Below, piece after piece: positions 50,668-64,000 of a stretch of DNA of 64,000 bases. The notes below the pieces were generated by a model that was given only the letters and a program-made list of their open reading frames with translations, was not told the origin of the DNA and did not search any database. Both the position numbers and the translations under genes were made by a program. The stretch lies in NCBI GenBank assembly GCA_028534125.1, contig CM052817.1, forward strand, positions 46,130,001-46,194,000. Direction: 5' to 3'. This DNA comes from Lama glama. Taxonomy: Eukaryota. How positions within the stretch are numbered: the stretch's first letter is position 1; the number at the start of each line of letters is the position of its first letter.

Positions 50668-51746
50668 TGTTAAAAAACAAAATTCAACCAAGTAAATTTG
50701 AAGATCTAATTGACTTTATCCAATGATTCATGAACCAGGCAACATCCCATTTAATAAATTAGAAAGACACTCCAAGGAGTTGTACAAAAGAAAGGCTTTC
50801 AGAGACAGAAGGAAGTTGGGGCAAGGAAGCTATTAGTAAAAGAAAAGGAAGGATCATTTCAGGCCCGGTTATTTTCTTTTGGGGTAGGATGAGGGTCAAT
50901 CATGCAGATTACCTCTTCTTCCTTTGGGGGATGGAGAGGGCTCACATGACACATTACCTCACTGGTGCTGATCAGAGAATTCTAGACGGGCCAATTAAGA
51001 TTACATTTCTGGGAAAAGTCAAAACTGCAATTAAGTCAAGTATTAAATCTTGATTTGGTATTGAGACAGGAAGGGGGCAGGGCACAGCCATTCAATGAAT
51101 GCTACAGCAGTCAACATCAAAATGGTGAAAGATTCAACCCCCAGTAAGCCTTAAGGCTCAAGATGATGAGAGATTTAACTTCTAGCAGATCTTGAACTTC
51201 ATTATATGCTCACTGCAATATATTAACATGTTGAATAACATGCCCACAGGCACCATGGCAGTCCCAAAGCTAGCCACAAAAGGTCAAAGAGTGGGAAATG
51301 GCCTACTTCCTGGGAATCCCAGCCCCTTCCCCAGGCTACTTAGACTGGTCCTTCCACTTAATAGCATATGAAGCCATCAAGCCCATAAAAACCAGCAACA
51401 CGGTGCCTTATAGCCACTCCTCTCTCCCTCTTTGGAAACAGCCCACATTCTGTCTATGGAGTGTGTACCTACTTTTAATCTGAGCTTCCAACTGCCACTC
51501 CTCGTGGCCTTTATCTTGCCTTTCAATATATCTCTCTGAAGAAATCTACCTTTACTCAACTGTGGCTCGCTTTTGAATTCTTTCCTGCCCGAAGCCAAGG
51601 ACCCACAACTGGCGGGGCACGTCCCGGGGGCTCAACCAAGATTTGGAATATGGCCCTCGTCACTCCCCACATCCGTTTTCCTGCATCAGTATCATGGGCT
51701 TTAGCATAAGTGACGGTATTTTGCACCTGTGGTTTTCTTTTTACCA
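50668..51746 (-). mobile_element. Solo ERV1-like LTR C, interrupted by LTR D
   Basis: Starts TGTTAAAAAACAAAATTCAACC and ends TTACCA; TSD CATC (50664-50667, 51747-51750). Orientation is inferred. Confidence 0.8.
51062..51688 (+). mobile_element. Solo ERV1-like LTR D (627 bp) nested in LTR C
   Basis: TGA...TCA termini; TSD GTAT (51058-51061, 51689-51692); CATAAAA TATA-like motif near 51384. Confidence 0.85.
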
Positions 51747-54190
51747 CATCTGTTTTTGTGTGTTGTCTAATTTTTCTGTTAGTGTCCTAAATATGTAATC
51801 ATAGTCATTTTTTATTTCTTATCTGACATCTGCGTCCTATCTTGAGTTCTGTCACTTGCTTTGTCTGTGTATTTTCTTGCCTTTTAGCATGTCTTGTAAT
51901 TTTTGGTTGAAAGTTGGACATGATATGTCAGGTGTCAGAAACTGAGGTAAATAGGCTTTTAGTGTGAGCTTTTCTGTTAATCTTGCTATGAGTTGGGCTG
52001 TATTCAATGTTTGTTGCAGTGGTAGTTATGAGAGAATTAAACTTCCTCTAGAGCCCTTTTTTTTTCAGTCTTTCCTCATTACTTTGGGCTTCTCTAAGGA
52101 CTTCCTTCAAAGAGGCTGTACAACTTATAGCTCTTTCAGCTATAATCCACTCTTATTATCCTGGTCATGGTGGATAGGTGTGGGAAGGGAAGTGTTCTAT
52201 AATCTTATGATTAACTCTGCCTTTTAATCAGTCTGTGTCCCTAGGATGTGAGCTTCACAAGTGTTCCTTAGCTTGTTTTTTCCTCCCTCATATGAATTAA
52301 GAAGACTACTAGGGGCTGGAGTAGGATAAATGCCCTTCCCCTAGGTGGGATGAGGCTCTGGTCAAGTATTTCCTATGAAGATAGGCTTCTGCTTTGGAGA
52401 ATGCTGTGTGTATTCTGTAAGGTTATGCTTCTCCTCCCCCGTCAGAGCCAGGAGGATCTCCTTCTAGGCTCTTCACCTTGAGAAATGAATGCTTTCCTGG
52501 AGATAAAACTCATTAAAGTGTGGGACTCCCTGCAATGCAGCAGCCCCCAGAGGTTTCTCACTTCCACTCTCAGTCTCCAGCAATTCATCAAAATTACCAT
52601 TTAAATGTTTCTACCAGTTTAGGGCTATAGCAGCTTCTGCTTCAGATAAGCAGGTTTCAGCAGTGACTCTCTGAATTCATCTGCCCCTCTAGATTTTGGG
52701 GTGGCAGTTTGTCCCGTAACCTCAGTTCTCTGATAGGTCCAAGGAAATTTACTGACTTTTAGTTTGCCAGCTTTTTCTTATTCTAAGTGATAAGAGTGAT
52801 ATCTTCTAAGTTCATTGCATGTCAGAATTGGAACCGCATAACCTTCAACTTATTTTTTAAGTAGGGACGATATTAGTCAGCAATTACATTCTTACTTGGA
52901 ATAGATTAATTTCATTCCTAACAGCATTCCTCAAATAAGATCAACTTACATATTTTCCAATTTGTTAGACAAAAATCCGTTAAAAATTACTATGAGATTG
53001 AACAGCTTTGCCACTGAAAATGAGAAGAATGTTACTCAACCTCTGTCTGTGAACTCATTTTGCTTGTGGCGTTTCTCTCATGTCCAATACAGAACCTGTG
53101 GATTTAATTGGCTTGTAGAATTGTGCAGTAACATCAGAGGCCTGATAAAGACAGTATCCAGCAAAGAGGTGCCTGTCAATCTATTTGTAACTGGAAACAA
53201 AGACAATATTGGGTATACAAAGAATCTATGTGATAACTGTTATTATTATCACTTAAGAAGGAGCAATAATTATGTCATAGATATGGTCATAGAAATGTAC
53301 TGGTAAAATACAGGTAAAACTCATTAGATTACTTTTATCTATTTGGGAAATTCGGGGTATTTAGATTTGTCCCATTATTCCTGTTTATCTCCTTGTTGAA
53401 TACTCAGTCATACAGGTATTTAAGACAGCCTGGGTAAGCCCCAAGAGACCTAGCCCAACTTAGAGTCATTCCAATTTGAAAAAAAAAAAAACATGGGTTA
53501 GTTTTGGGGGTTAGTCTGTTCACATAAGTACCAAATGGACTCCAGGAGTTTACCTGAACTTGTGATTTGGTGGCAGGATCATTCTGGGAACCTAGGGTGA
53601 AACCTGAGAACAGACTCAGATCAATGTCTGTGCTGTGGCCTCTGGGCTGAGCAGACAACCAAGAACAGCCACAGGGATGGGGTGTGCTGGAGAAAACCTT
53701 TCAGTTTTGAGTGGTGGTGAACAGACTTTCTCTCTTTTAGCTGAGATAGGACAAATTGGAATATTCTTAAGGGATTAGCAGCTTCCAGGAGGTACTCTGG
53801 CGATTAAGACTAGAGAGACTAGAGTGGGCTGCAAAGGATTGGTATGAGTCTTGTCCTTGGAGCTTTTAAGGGGAGGCAAGAGGGGTGGAAGGCAGACTGC
53901 TGTCTGTATTTTAAGTGAAATTTTGTCTGAAGACAAGGGGATGGAATAGGTAACTTCATGGAGTAATGACTCTCTTCATGATGATTTTCACTATTTTTAA
54001 ACTTCATTCTTGAATCCCAGCTCTGACACTTATTAGCTTGAAGTTGTTTACCAAGTCTGAATCAGTTTTATCTGTAGAATGGAATTAATAGAACGTGCAT
54101 CATGGGAAACAATTTCACACATTTAAAGTGTTGAGAAGAATCCCTGGAAGATAGAAGGTACTCAAGAAACAAAGTGTCAGTTCCTCCTGT

Positions 54191-54191
54191 A

Positions 54192-54242
<51 letters not shown>

Positions 54243-54246
54243 ACAC
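54191..54246. repeat. (CA)n microsatellite
   Basis: Direct reading. Confidence 0.95.
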
Positions 54247-55281
54247 TTCCATGGTGAAGGTTACAGGTGAATAATACATGCCAAAATATCAGAAAGGGCC
54301 CTTTAATTTTATTATCAAATAAATAAAAGTTTAACAGATAAATTTCCTCATTGTGGGGAGTGTTGCAATGGTATGACGGCTTAAGCAATGTTTTCACGTA
54401 TGCATGGTTGCTGGATATCTGTAGAATACTTAATTATAAACAATGACTCTTCAAAACACAGAGTGGGTAGGATTGTTGTCTTTCACCAAAGAGAGTTGAG
54501 TAATAGGACATATTTCTTTTTGACTGTCTAAACTTTGGGGGGGATAAATAATAAAATAGGAGTATATTCACCATTAAGTGCAACATGGGAACTAGTTTTA
54601 CTTTCAACTGTTTATATTGTACCACATATTCAAGCATGAATGACAAAAAGAAATAATTAAATGTGATTCCTTCCTCTAGTTTGTGTTTATTCATAAACAT
54701 GACATGTCTTCATTTTGGTTCCTGAATTTATGTCAATTTTATATTCTAAATGCTACAATAAAAACTTGGAAAGCTTCAGCTTAATTTTTTTCTTTCGAAT
54801 CTTTTTCAGAAACAAAACATTACAACAATTTTGAAATAGCTGCATATTTGAAGTCTTATTTTGTCCAAGGACACAGCTGAGTTATTTAACAAGATTAAAT
54901 TAAATCCATAGTAGAGGACTCTTGAAAGCACACATTTTATTGATCTAAAGTTATAAATAGACATCATAAACAATAGTAACACTGAAGGCAATCTGGAAGA
55001 TTCAGTACCTATAAACTCTGTGGTTATCTGTAAAAGTACAGGTCAAATGAAATTTTCCACAAACACTCATAATATTATTTATTCATTTAAACCTTGGTCA
55101 TAGACCACATGATTTTAACATGATTAACAATTATTTATATTTACAGAGTTGCTATTTTTTCATTCTTTTACCATTCCTCCCAGTTAAGCTAATTGTGTTG
55201 ATTTTACTGGTTTGAATGAGAGTCATTTTGCACTATCAAGATAAAAAAAGTTATCATTTGAAATAGACTGGAACTGATCTG

Positions 55282-55662
55282 TGTTATGGGCTGAATTGTG
55301 TCCCTCCAAAATTCATATGTTCAAGTCCCAACCCTCAGTACCTCTGAATGTGACTGTATTTGGAGAGAGAGTCATTGAGGAAGTGATTAAATTAAAATGA
55401 ATCCATTAGGCTGGGCTCTAATCCAATCTGCTGGAGTCCTTTCAGAAGAGGAATTTTGGACATAGACAGAGACATCAGATATATGCACGTGCACAGAGCA
55501 AAAGACCATGAGGACACAGCCATCTGCAAGCCAAGCAGAGAGGCCTCAGAAGAAGCCAGATCTGCCAACACCTTGGTCTTGGACATCCCAGCCTCCAGAA
55601 CTCTGTTGTTTAAACTACCCAGTCTCTATATTTTGCTGTGGTTGTCCGAGGAAACTGATATA
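55282..55662 (+). mobile_element. MLT1A/B-type MaLR solo LTR
   Basis: tgttatgggctgaattgtgtccctccaaaattcatatgtt...gccatctgcaagccaag...tctgccaacaccttggtcttggac...ccagcctccagaac...gaaactgatata. Confidence 0.85.
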
Positions 55663-56129
55663 GCTGCAATTCTTACAAACCTCTATGAAGAAGGTATGAC
55701 TGTTAGTCTTTTTAAATTTGTTATTATTTACAAAAGAAAAAAAATAGCTAAAGCGCAAGAAGCCAGGGTTTGAACCCAGCAGGAAAGAATCAGAGCCGTG
55801 ATTTGACCTCCAGGCTTTTAAGCTCATCTGACTGCATATTATATGCAATGCTATTAAAGCCATATTGACATTATACATACTTCTTTTACTATTGAATTGA
55901 GTATGTTGTTAATGAAAATAATCTTATAAATTATGACCAGGAAAAAAAGAAGAAAAGAAAAAGAGAAAATATGGCAGGTTTAGAACACTTAAAAGAAAAA
56001 TATTTCCACTGAGCAGATACAAACCATGACAGTACATTGTTACAAACTTGGATGGCTCAGAGTATTAATCAGAGTTCTCCTAGGTAGCACAGGAGACCGC
56101 AGGGCCTTGTGATGAGACAGTAGAATGAG

Positions 56130-59100
56130 TGAAGGCACACACTGTCAGAGCTCAAGAAAAATATAAAAGAAAAATAAAATTTTGTATCAATGAGCACCTT
56201 TCTGAAATAGCAAAAGAAGACAATAGATATTGTTTAAAACAAATAGAGGACACAGAGGACAGAATTGAGAAAAGCAAGTAAAACAATAGATATAACAAAA
56301 TTAAAATAATTACTATACATAAAATCTTAGTTTGTTTAATTTTTACACTGATGATAAAAAGTGAGGAGACTGCAGTACTTTGGATTAACCTTCCCACTAA
56401 GAATACCTACAAAAGCCAGAGCAGAACAAACGAAAGCTTTGACCTGAAGGCATCAGAGACGTAGTCGTAACGAATTGAGGGAACTGCATCTGGGAGGGAG
56501 GACAGTGAGCCCCACACTTTGGACTGTTCTGGATGATTCTCAACATCCAGGAACTGAAAAGCTAAGCAGAGCTATTGCCAGACTCCCAAGGATGGGGACA
56601 AGTGTTAGAGTTTAGATCCTATTAAAAAGGAGGGTCCTTGTTACCACATTCCCAGCCTTTCATTTGGGACTTGAAGAGTTACATTCTAATAGGACAAAGA
56701 AACAGAAATATAGCAGGCCTCACATTATATAGTCAGGGAAACCAGTGCACAGAGAGGTTAGATAATTAGCGCAGGGTCACACAGTCACTAACAGCAGAGC
56801 TGATTTAAACTGGCTAGTCAGGCTCCAGAGTTCATGCATTTTTATCTTCATAGTTTAGTATTCAGTCTGCATGATACTGACACCCAAATCCAACAAGGAT
56901 AGCACAAATAGAAACTTTAAAACAATTTCACCTATTAGTTTGATATAGTAATAACCTTAAAAAAAAAAACCCAGAATATAAAATTCAACAGCACATTAGA
57001 AAAGTTATAAAAACAAGAGCAGGTGTGATTCATACTGACAGTGCAAAGAGGATTTACCATGAAGAAAATTACTAATTTAATTCAACATATTAATAGAACA
57101 AGAGCAAAATCATAACAATCTCCATAGATGATGAAACTCTTGATAAAATTCAGTATCCATTCTTGACCTTAAAAATACTTTAACTAAAATATAAATTAAA
57201 GATTTATTTTTATCATACTTAGACGAAATCAAGAGTCCACGTCATATTGATGGAGAACACTAGATATATTCATAATAAAGCTGGAATGAGACAAATTATT
57301 ACTAGCTAGTATAATTGTCAGCAATAGATGAGAGAGAAATTAGACAAAAATGTTTGAATAGTATGAGGTCAATTATCATTATTAATAGAAGAAATTATTT
57401 TATATCTTTAAAAACAGAATTACCTTATAAACCATTACAATCAAATAAATATTTCAGTAAGATAGCTGAAAAATTTACAAACAAAATTTGATGGCCTTCC
57501 TATAAAGAGTCAACCACCAGTTAGAATTTAAAGTGGAAGATCCACCTGACAGTAATACCAGGATGAATCTTAATGGCTATGAATAAATTTAACAAAAAAT
57601 GTCCAAGAATCCTATAAACAAAGTATTTAAATGCTATTATGAGAGATGGGAGAAGACCTGAATCAATTGGAAGATATACTCTAACCTTGGATAGAAACAC
57701 TGAACATCACGATAATGTAAATTCTCTCTAACGGAAGGCTATGCATTTAATACAATAATACTAAAATAACAGTATGTCAGTATTTGAAATAGATTAGGTA
57801 AAATGATAAAACAAAACACAATTCAAAGACAGCAATATGGGAATAGTATATAGTTTGAAGATAGCACTTCACATCAGTGCATAAGAACAGTTATTATTGA
57901 ATAAATGTTGAGAAGTTGGAATAGGCATTTAAAAAATAAACAACTTTCTTTGCTTATTTCCTACACTAAAACAAGTTTTAGATGGATCAAGCATTTAAAC
58001 TTAAAAATGAAGCTATAAAAGTATTGAAGTGCACTAGGGAAGCTTTTATTCAGTAGTTTCCAAGTGAAAGCTTTATTAAGTGTGGAAAAGAAACCATAAA
58101 ATAAAAGATGAATAAATTCGACTACATGAAATGTTAGAGGTATTAAAAAGTGCCATAAGTAATTTGAAAGACAAACAACGAATATTTGCTAGACAACTCT
58201 AGAGCAAAGAGCATCATTTCCTTTATATAAACAGTGCCTTATTTCTGACTAATGGTGTGGGCCCTTGGATTGATAAAGAAATGGAAATATTTACATTTTA
58301 AATACAGAAAGAGATGTGTCTTTGAACCAGCAGCCTCCCTTTTAGGAACCAGGAGTCTCGTTTCTAAGAACTTATCTTTACAGATATGCTTTCATATCTG
58401 CAACCTGATGTACATGCAGAAGGATGTTCCTGCTGCCCTGTTTACAGTAATGAGATGAGAAGCAGTGTAAATGTCCACCACGTAAAGACCAGTTAATTAA
58501 TATGGTGCACCGAGCAAAGCAATACTGTTGCAACTCTGAAATAAGTGGTGCAGCTTGGATGCACTCACATGAAGAAAACCTACAAATATATAACATTAGG
58601 TAAAAGAAAAAACCGGTGTGTATAGTATGGCACACTGGAGGCAAACAAGCTCATAAATGATTATACTAGTTTATATATAGAATATCTTTGAAGTGGTAGA
58701 AAATACCTCTGAAAAGTACATGTGGTGATTGAGAAACAGTAATGGAAAAAAGAATTATGAGTTTTTGAATATTCTTTTTTTTAGTTCTCTATATCATGTT
58801 TATATAAAACCTACTGAAAGTTTTTTTTTTCTTCCAAAAGCTTAACCTGGAGTAATGAGCAAGAATAGCCCATAAAATTTTGAAAAATCAACTTAATAAT
58901 GAGATTCTAACTTTACCTGATCTTTAAGCATCTTATATATAGCTACAACTGTTAAATGTATGTGTTGGACTAGTGCAAGAAGAGGCAAAGAGAGCAAAGG
59001 AATAGAACTGCAGCTTGGAAATATAAATAAATATTAATTAAATATATGTATATTATGTAAATATATATGAAACTTTTATTACATACAATATACTGATCAA

Positions 59101-59640
59101 TGACAAAAGACAACACAAATTAGAAAAGAATAACTAAGATTTTCAGCATTCTTTACAAAGAATCTCTAAAAATAAAAAGTTTTAGTATTTATAAAAATAG
59201 AAAGTTGTATTATGTTTAGAATCTCTAAAAAATAAAATGTGACATTTTCTCTAGTGAAAATTAGTGTAGAAAATATCTTTAGATATGAAAATATCACTTT
59301 TCAAGTTCTGGATTTCAAAGAGAAATATAAGCAAAATAAAAATGGAAAACAACCTGGAATAAACATTTGCAACCCAAACGATAAAGGGTTGGTATTTGAA
59401 GTATTTTATATTTCTTTATGTCAATAAGAAGCTGAAACAGCCTCATTAAAAAAATGGGCTGTGAAGATGAATAGGACTTTCACAAAAGTAGAATTACAAA
59501 TGCTCAAAAACATATAAAAATATTCAATCTCACTTATAACAAAAAAAGCCAATTTTGCTCCAGTGTGAGAGAGCAATTTCACTTCCTTTTTCCAATCTAT
59601 AGTCTTGCAACATAGATATGAAGAAACAATTCTCAAAAAT
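56130..59640 (+). mobile_element. Highly diverged L1 fragments (probably more than one element) with an inserted MIR near 56730-56850
   Basis: A-rich sense strand with degenerate ORF2-like blocks (gataaaattcagtatccattc; gaagacctgaatcaattggaagatatac; agatggatcaagcatttaaac; aaaatgggc...gaataggactttcacaaaag). Confidence 0.65.
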
Positions 59641-60234
59641 GTTTCAATTTTATGATGGTATTTTTCATGATAAATTGGCTAGTTTCGGGCCTAGTGCGTG
59701 CGCTGCTGTGACTCACTCCCTTTGCATGCAGTCCCCTCGCTGCTGGCGATGCGGGCTCCAGGGCTCCTCTCCAGCTGTGAGTTTATGTCACACAGCAGTT
59801 TAGGGTGGGCAGGGAAGGGGCCTGGACACATTCCTGGTCACATAGTCTGAGGAGGAAATTACTCAGATGGGTCAAGATTTCCCTGCCCTAGTCTGACTCC
59901 TGGATTGGGGTTGTTTATCTCTTCTTAGATCTTGATTCTAGTAACTCAGCACGTCACTGATAGAGCCTTGTGTACCTCAGATTTAACCTTTTACACAACC
60001 TCTGACTCTGATGTCTTTCACAACTTTTTACCACTTGTGTAGAGTCAATGAGATTGTTAGTTGCAAAACCACCACCTCAGTTTTCGTGCTATTCTGTTCT
60101 TACATGTTTTATTACTCGTAACCTTTATCTCGCTGTCGGGGAAATTGGTTGATGATTTTTATTCTTTACTTTTACAATAAAATTCACCTGTTATGGAGAC
60201 TAAAATACTTTGAGTCTGCAGGATAAGTGTGTCT

Positions 60235-60445
60235 GAAAAGAGACAGAGCCTAGGTGTCCAAGTGAACTTGGCTACAACACTTATTAATTGTTGACTGTAG
60301 ACAAATTACTTCACTTCCCTAAGCCTCAAAGGTCTCATCTTGTAAAATGGAATAATGGGATTGTCACAAGAATTAAATGATTAATAAATGTAAAGCATTT
60401 AGAACAGAGCTTAGCACAGACTGAGTGCTCAATAAATACTGTATG
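60235..60445 (+). mobile_element. MIR SINE
   Basis: aaattacttcacttccctaagcctc...tgtaaaatgg...taaatgtaaagcatttagaacagagcttagcacag. Confidence 0.7.
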
Positions 60446-63400
60446 TTGTAATCTTTTGCAATGTGCAGTTTAGCATGCATGTTCTCCATCAAGTCTTTTT
60501 TCCTACAGTTGCAGTTGTACTCTACAAATGTCTTTTGTGGGAATAAGCTCACAACGTGTCTGTCTCCAGGTATGAAGGATTAAAATAATGTACCACAAAA
60601 TCTAACTTTTGGTTGCGTTTTTCTGTTTTTCAATATTACTGATAAGTAACAGTAACAATGTTGATTAAATATGAATTGTATATGCATTCATATAACACTA
60701 AAAGAAAATACCTTTTTAATATTTGACAAAATACATGTATAAATTTTTACTTCTTAATTTTAATTTCAAGTAATTTTAGCCTCATCTGACTCTAATACTC
60801 AACTGCCTGAAATCCTTTCTGAGACAAGATGTAGCACAAATAAATTATTAAAAGCAAAGTCTAGAATTCTTAAGAAATAATAACCCGATGACACGTTCTT
60901 GTGTTAAAAAGTAGACCCTGATGATTTGTTTCAAGTTTCCTTTATAAAAGTTTGAAAGTTGTCTCCATTACAACTGCATTACTCGTGCTATACTCGTGTA
61001 AAAGGGAAACAAGTATGGTACACTCACTTGGAAGCCCCTGTTTATTCACTCATTCAGCAAGTATTTGTTGAGGTCCTACTGTTTGTTCTAGGTATTGAGG
61101 TGCATCAGTGAAAAAAATAGACAAAGGACCACACCCTCTTAATTTACAGTCTAGTAGAAGGAAAAATAAATAATAGACATCATACACAATTAAATTGTAT
61201 AGTCTGTTTGACTGTGATAAACACCATGGAGAAAAAAAATATGTTTCAGGGTAAGAGTGATAGAGAGTATGGGTTGAATTTTATGAATTTGACGTGCGTG
61301 TTTGCATCACTTCCTCCACACTAAGTGGCTGGCCTGATACTTTCATTCAATTTAGGAGCACAAGTTTTAAGAGATGGGTAAGACAATTAGACATTCCTAG
61401 GTGAATGTTCTCCATTTTGCAATATTCACTTTACAGCTGTTACTTAATTATGTTAATATGTTTCTATTTTTGAAGGGTAATCTGCATTTTACCAGGCTTC
61501 AACAGCTTTGAAGTCACAGGGACAGGAATATCTCCTTTCCTTCAGATCTTTCTTTCATTTCTCTCATTCTCTCTTTATTGTGTCTAAGCGACTGTTTAAC
61601 CTAGCTACAGGATTTATTTTATCTTGAAGACTCTATTTAAGCTTTCACTTGTCTATTTTCCAATTCCCTACCCTTATTTTATGATTCCTTTTATCTCTTT
61701 GAACATTTTAAACTGCATATTTTAAAAGGTGTTTTGGATCATACTTGCGCTAATTACTCAGGTGTCCGTTCCACATTTCTTGAGTCTGTGGACTCTCTCC
61801 TCTCTGAAATTCTTCCTGTGTTTTATAACTTTTGTTTATGAGGCCATTTTCAGTGGGACGTATGTTCTCTGGAAGGCTGTCACATACCATTGGTTAGGGA
61901 GGCCTCTCTCTAAGACATTATAATGAACTCTGCTTATGTGCAATAAAGGCCATAGGTTCTGGATTTTTCTTTTATCTTACACTCAGTTTGTCAGCCTGGG
62001 AAGCTTATACAATATGAGGAATGTGATTTCAGGCCCCTATGTCCTTGCTTGATGTATCTTCAAGCCCTGCTTTCTTGAAGTTGATTCTGTTTCTGTTCAT
62101 AGCCTGGGGTGGGTATTTTTTCATCTACTGAGATCTTGACTGTCTGGTGAAGATTTTCTAGTCTTTGTTCATAAACAAGAGGAGAGCTTTCTTAGCTCAG
62201 GACTCTAAAAAAGTACCCAGGAGTCTTAACATCCTAAGCCCTAAGACATAAATCTATTACACATTCTAACCACCTCTCTCTTTCTTCCCATTATAGCTTC
62301 AACTTCTGCTCTGTGACTCTGGGATCACTCTTTTTGATAACCTGGTAAGAGCCATTTCTTTCTTCTGAGTTCAGTCATGCACTAGCAATTCCTGACACAA
62401 AAATCATCTTCCAAGTTAAAATGTACAGGTAGCAATGATACAATTATGTTATCAGAAACCATAGAAAGAGTGCTTTACAAAGCTATAGAGAACACCAGTG
62501 ATGACATCAGATTCTGCTGTGGTGCTAAGTGGGAAGCACAGCAAATGTGTAATTCATAGTTCTTCGGTGGCAGAGTTGTGTTAATGGTAAATGAGCATTC
62601 TCACTGAAGTGATATTACTGAAGTTCAACCAGTCTCACTTTGACCTTCAGTTTTCAGAGTACTTCAGAATAGAACTGATAGCTGAATAGTCACCTGTACT
62701 TTTGAAGATACTGCTTGGATAGCATGATAGGCAATGAAAAGCAAATTACAGAAATGAATGTGCTGTAAAGATACTAATTCAACATGAAAGAAAGTGTAGA
62801 ACATTCATCCTAGTACCAGCACAACAGGATTTAGCATCAATTGATGTGTCAAATCATTTCAGACCTATATTGAAAAGGACTTCCCCGCCGCCATTTCCAG
62901 TGAAAGTGACTCTAATAGCATTTTTATTTTTGTCTGACAGTTATATTAACAAGAATTAGCATATGAAAAAATTTACATGGATGACACATAAAAAAGCCAT
63001 GCCATATAATTTTAACATCAATTGGATTTGTGTTTCCTGTTTTATTCATGCTCTGCTCAACAAGCTAGAACAAATGTACTCACATAATTTTGAAGCCAAA
63101 AGAAATCTTGTGGCTAAATTCTACATCAACGTCTCTATCCATGTACTTTGAACAAGAAGTTTTAAAAGCAATCTGAATATCTCTGGTACTGAATATTTCA
63201 GGGCTTTTTTCCCATCTTAAAAACATAAGGAAAAAATGACAGAATTAGAAGCAATAATCTTCCTGTAAAGAAATTATTGTATTGCTCACTTTCCATCTTT
63301 GCCAACAAAGATCTCCAGTAGAGTGTTTCTATGACTGAATGGAGTTGTGGGAGGTGTATATTATTGTTAAAAATATGAATTCCTAGGCACTGACTCCTGG

Positions 63401-64000
63401 GATTCTGATTCTTTTGATCTGCATTTTAATAAACACCCCTCCTCGTGATTCCTATGCACACTAAATTTTGAGAACCATTGATGTAAAGGCTACATTAAAG
63501 AGCATGGTAGGCAATACACCAAGACAAGTATTCAGAGTACACATATTTCTTTGGAAGTTGGTCATTTCTTTGATTACTGCCAGGCCACGTTAATTTATAG
63601 AAGAACTACAGACACTAACAATTCAGTGAACAGTTCCATCCAAGCTACAAATAGCAAAAGCAAGTGGAATTCAAAATATACATCCTGCAGTTTGAAATCC
63701 AACCACTAGATCTGTTGGATTGAAATAAGAAAAGACAAAGAGCATTTTTCAAGCAGAAATGGCACCAGAGAAGTGATTAAAATGTGGATGAAGAAAAGAA
63801 TTTTCGATCCGTGGGTCTTCTGATAATGAAGCAACCCTAATATATCTGATGGGAATACCAATGTTCTGATGGATTAGGTAAGAAATACACAAATTACTAG
63901 AATTTGGAATTCAAATAATCTGATCACAAGAATATCATTGAATATTAGCATTGATATATCTAGCCAGAATATCACTAGAAATAAACCATAATGTAAATGG

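Larger units (their letters stand above)
49426..52835 (-). mobile_element. Old L1 (5'/ORF1/ORF2-start region) fragmented by LTR insertions
   Basis: Minus ORF 49598-49852 contains L1 ORF1-like (MAENFQKL...EAQRISSRI) and endonuclease-like (DLIDIYGILHPTT) motifs. L1 sequence resumes across each LTR TSD. Confidence 0.7.

Noticed and set aside
59160..59240. Repeated AGAATCTCTAAAAA(A)TAAAA
   Set aside because: Low-complexity duplication within old L1 sequence.
35330..64000. EPGN exons expected upstream by synteny
   Set aside because: No EGF-like cysteine pattern or epigen-like peptide was found; the gene probably lies beyond the window.

Overview
AT-rich, repeat-dense mammalian genomic DNA. It is most likely a camelid or other cetartiodactyl, inferred from the L1 3'UTR style and the lack of recognisable Alu, B1, Bov-A or PRE-1 SINEs. 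The window holds one complete protein-coding gene, epiregulin (EREG), on the minus strand. EREG has five coding exons (35045-35096, 23178-23264, 21170-21293, 20393-20542, 18427-18508), all with GT-AG junctions, giving a 495-nt CDS and 164 aa. It also has a TATA/CpG-island promoter (TSS about 35219) and an AU-rich 3'UTR of about 3.2 kb ending near 15210-15235. The rest is intronic or intergenic, with MIR, L2, L1, MER5, MER20, MLT1 and six solo LTRs whose target-site duplications (TSDs) can be read directly. No new multi-gene system is supported. The most unusual signals are retrotransposition footprints: a tailless 5'-half tRNA-Met retrocopy in a 19-bp TSD, a sense L1 with an apparent 3' transduction about 40 nt from the exon 3 acceptor, a twin-primed inverted L1, and a nested four-LTR stack upstream of EREG. 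There are also candidate CTCF, AP-1/ETS and CRE regulatory sites. Repeat family names and reference comparisons come from recalled consensus sequences, not from searches; old-repeat boundaries are approximate.
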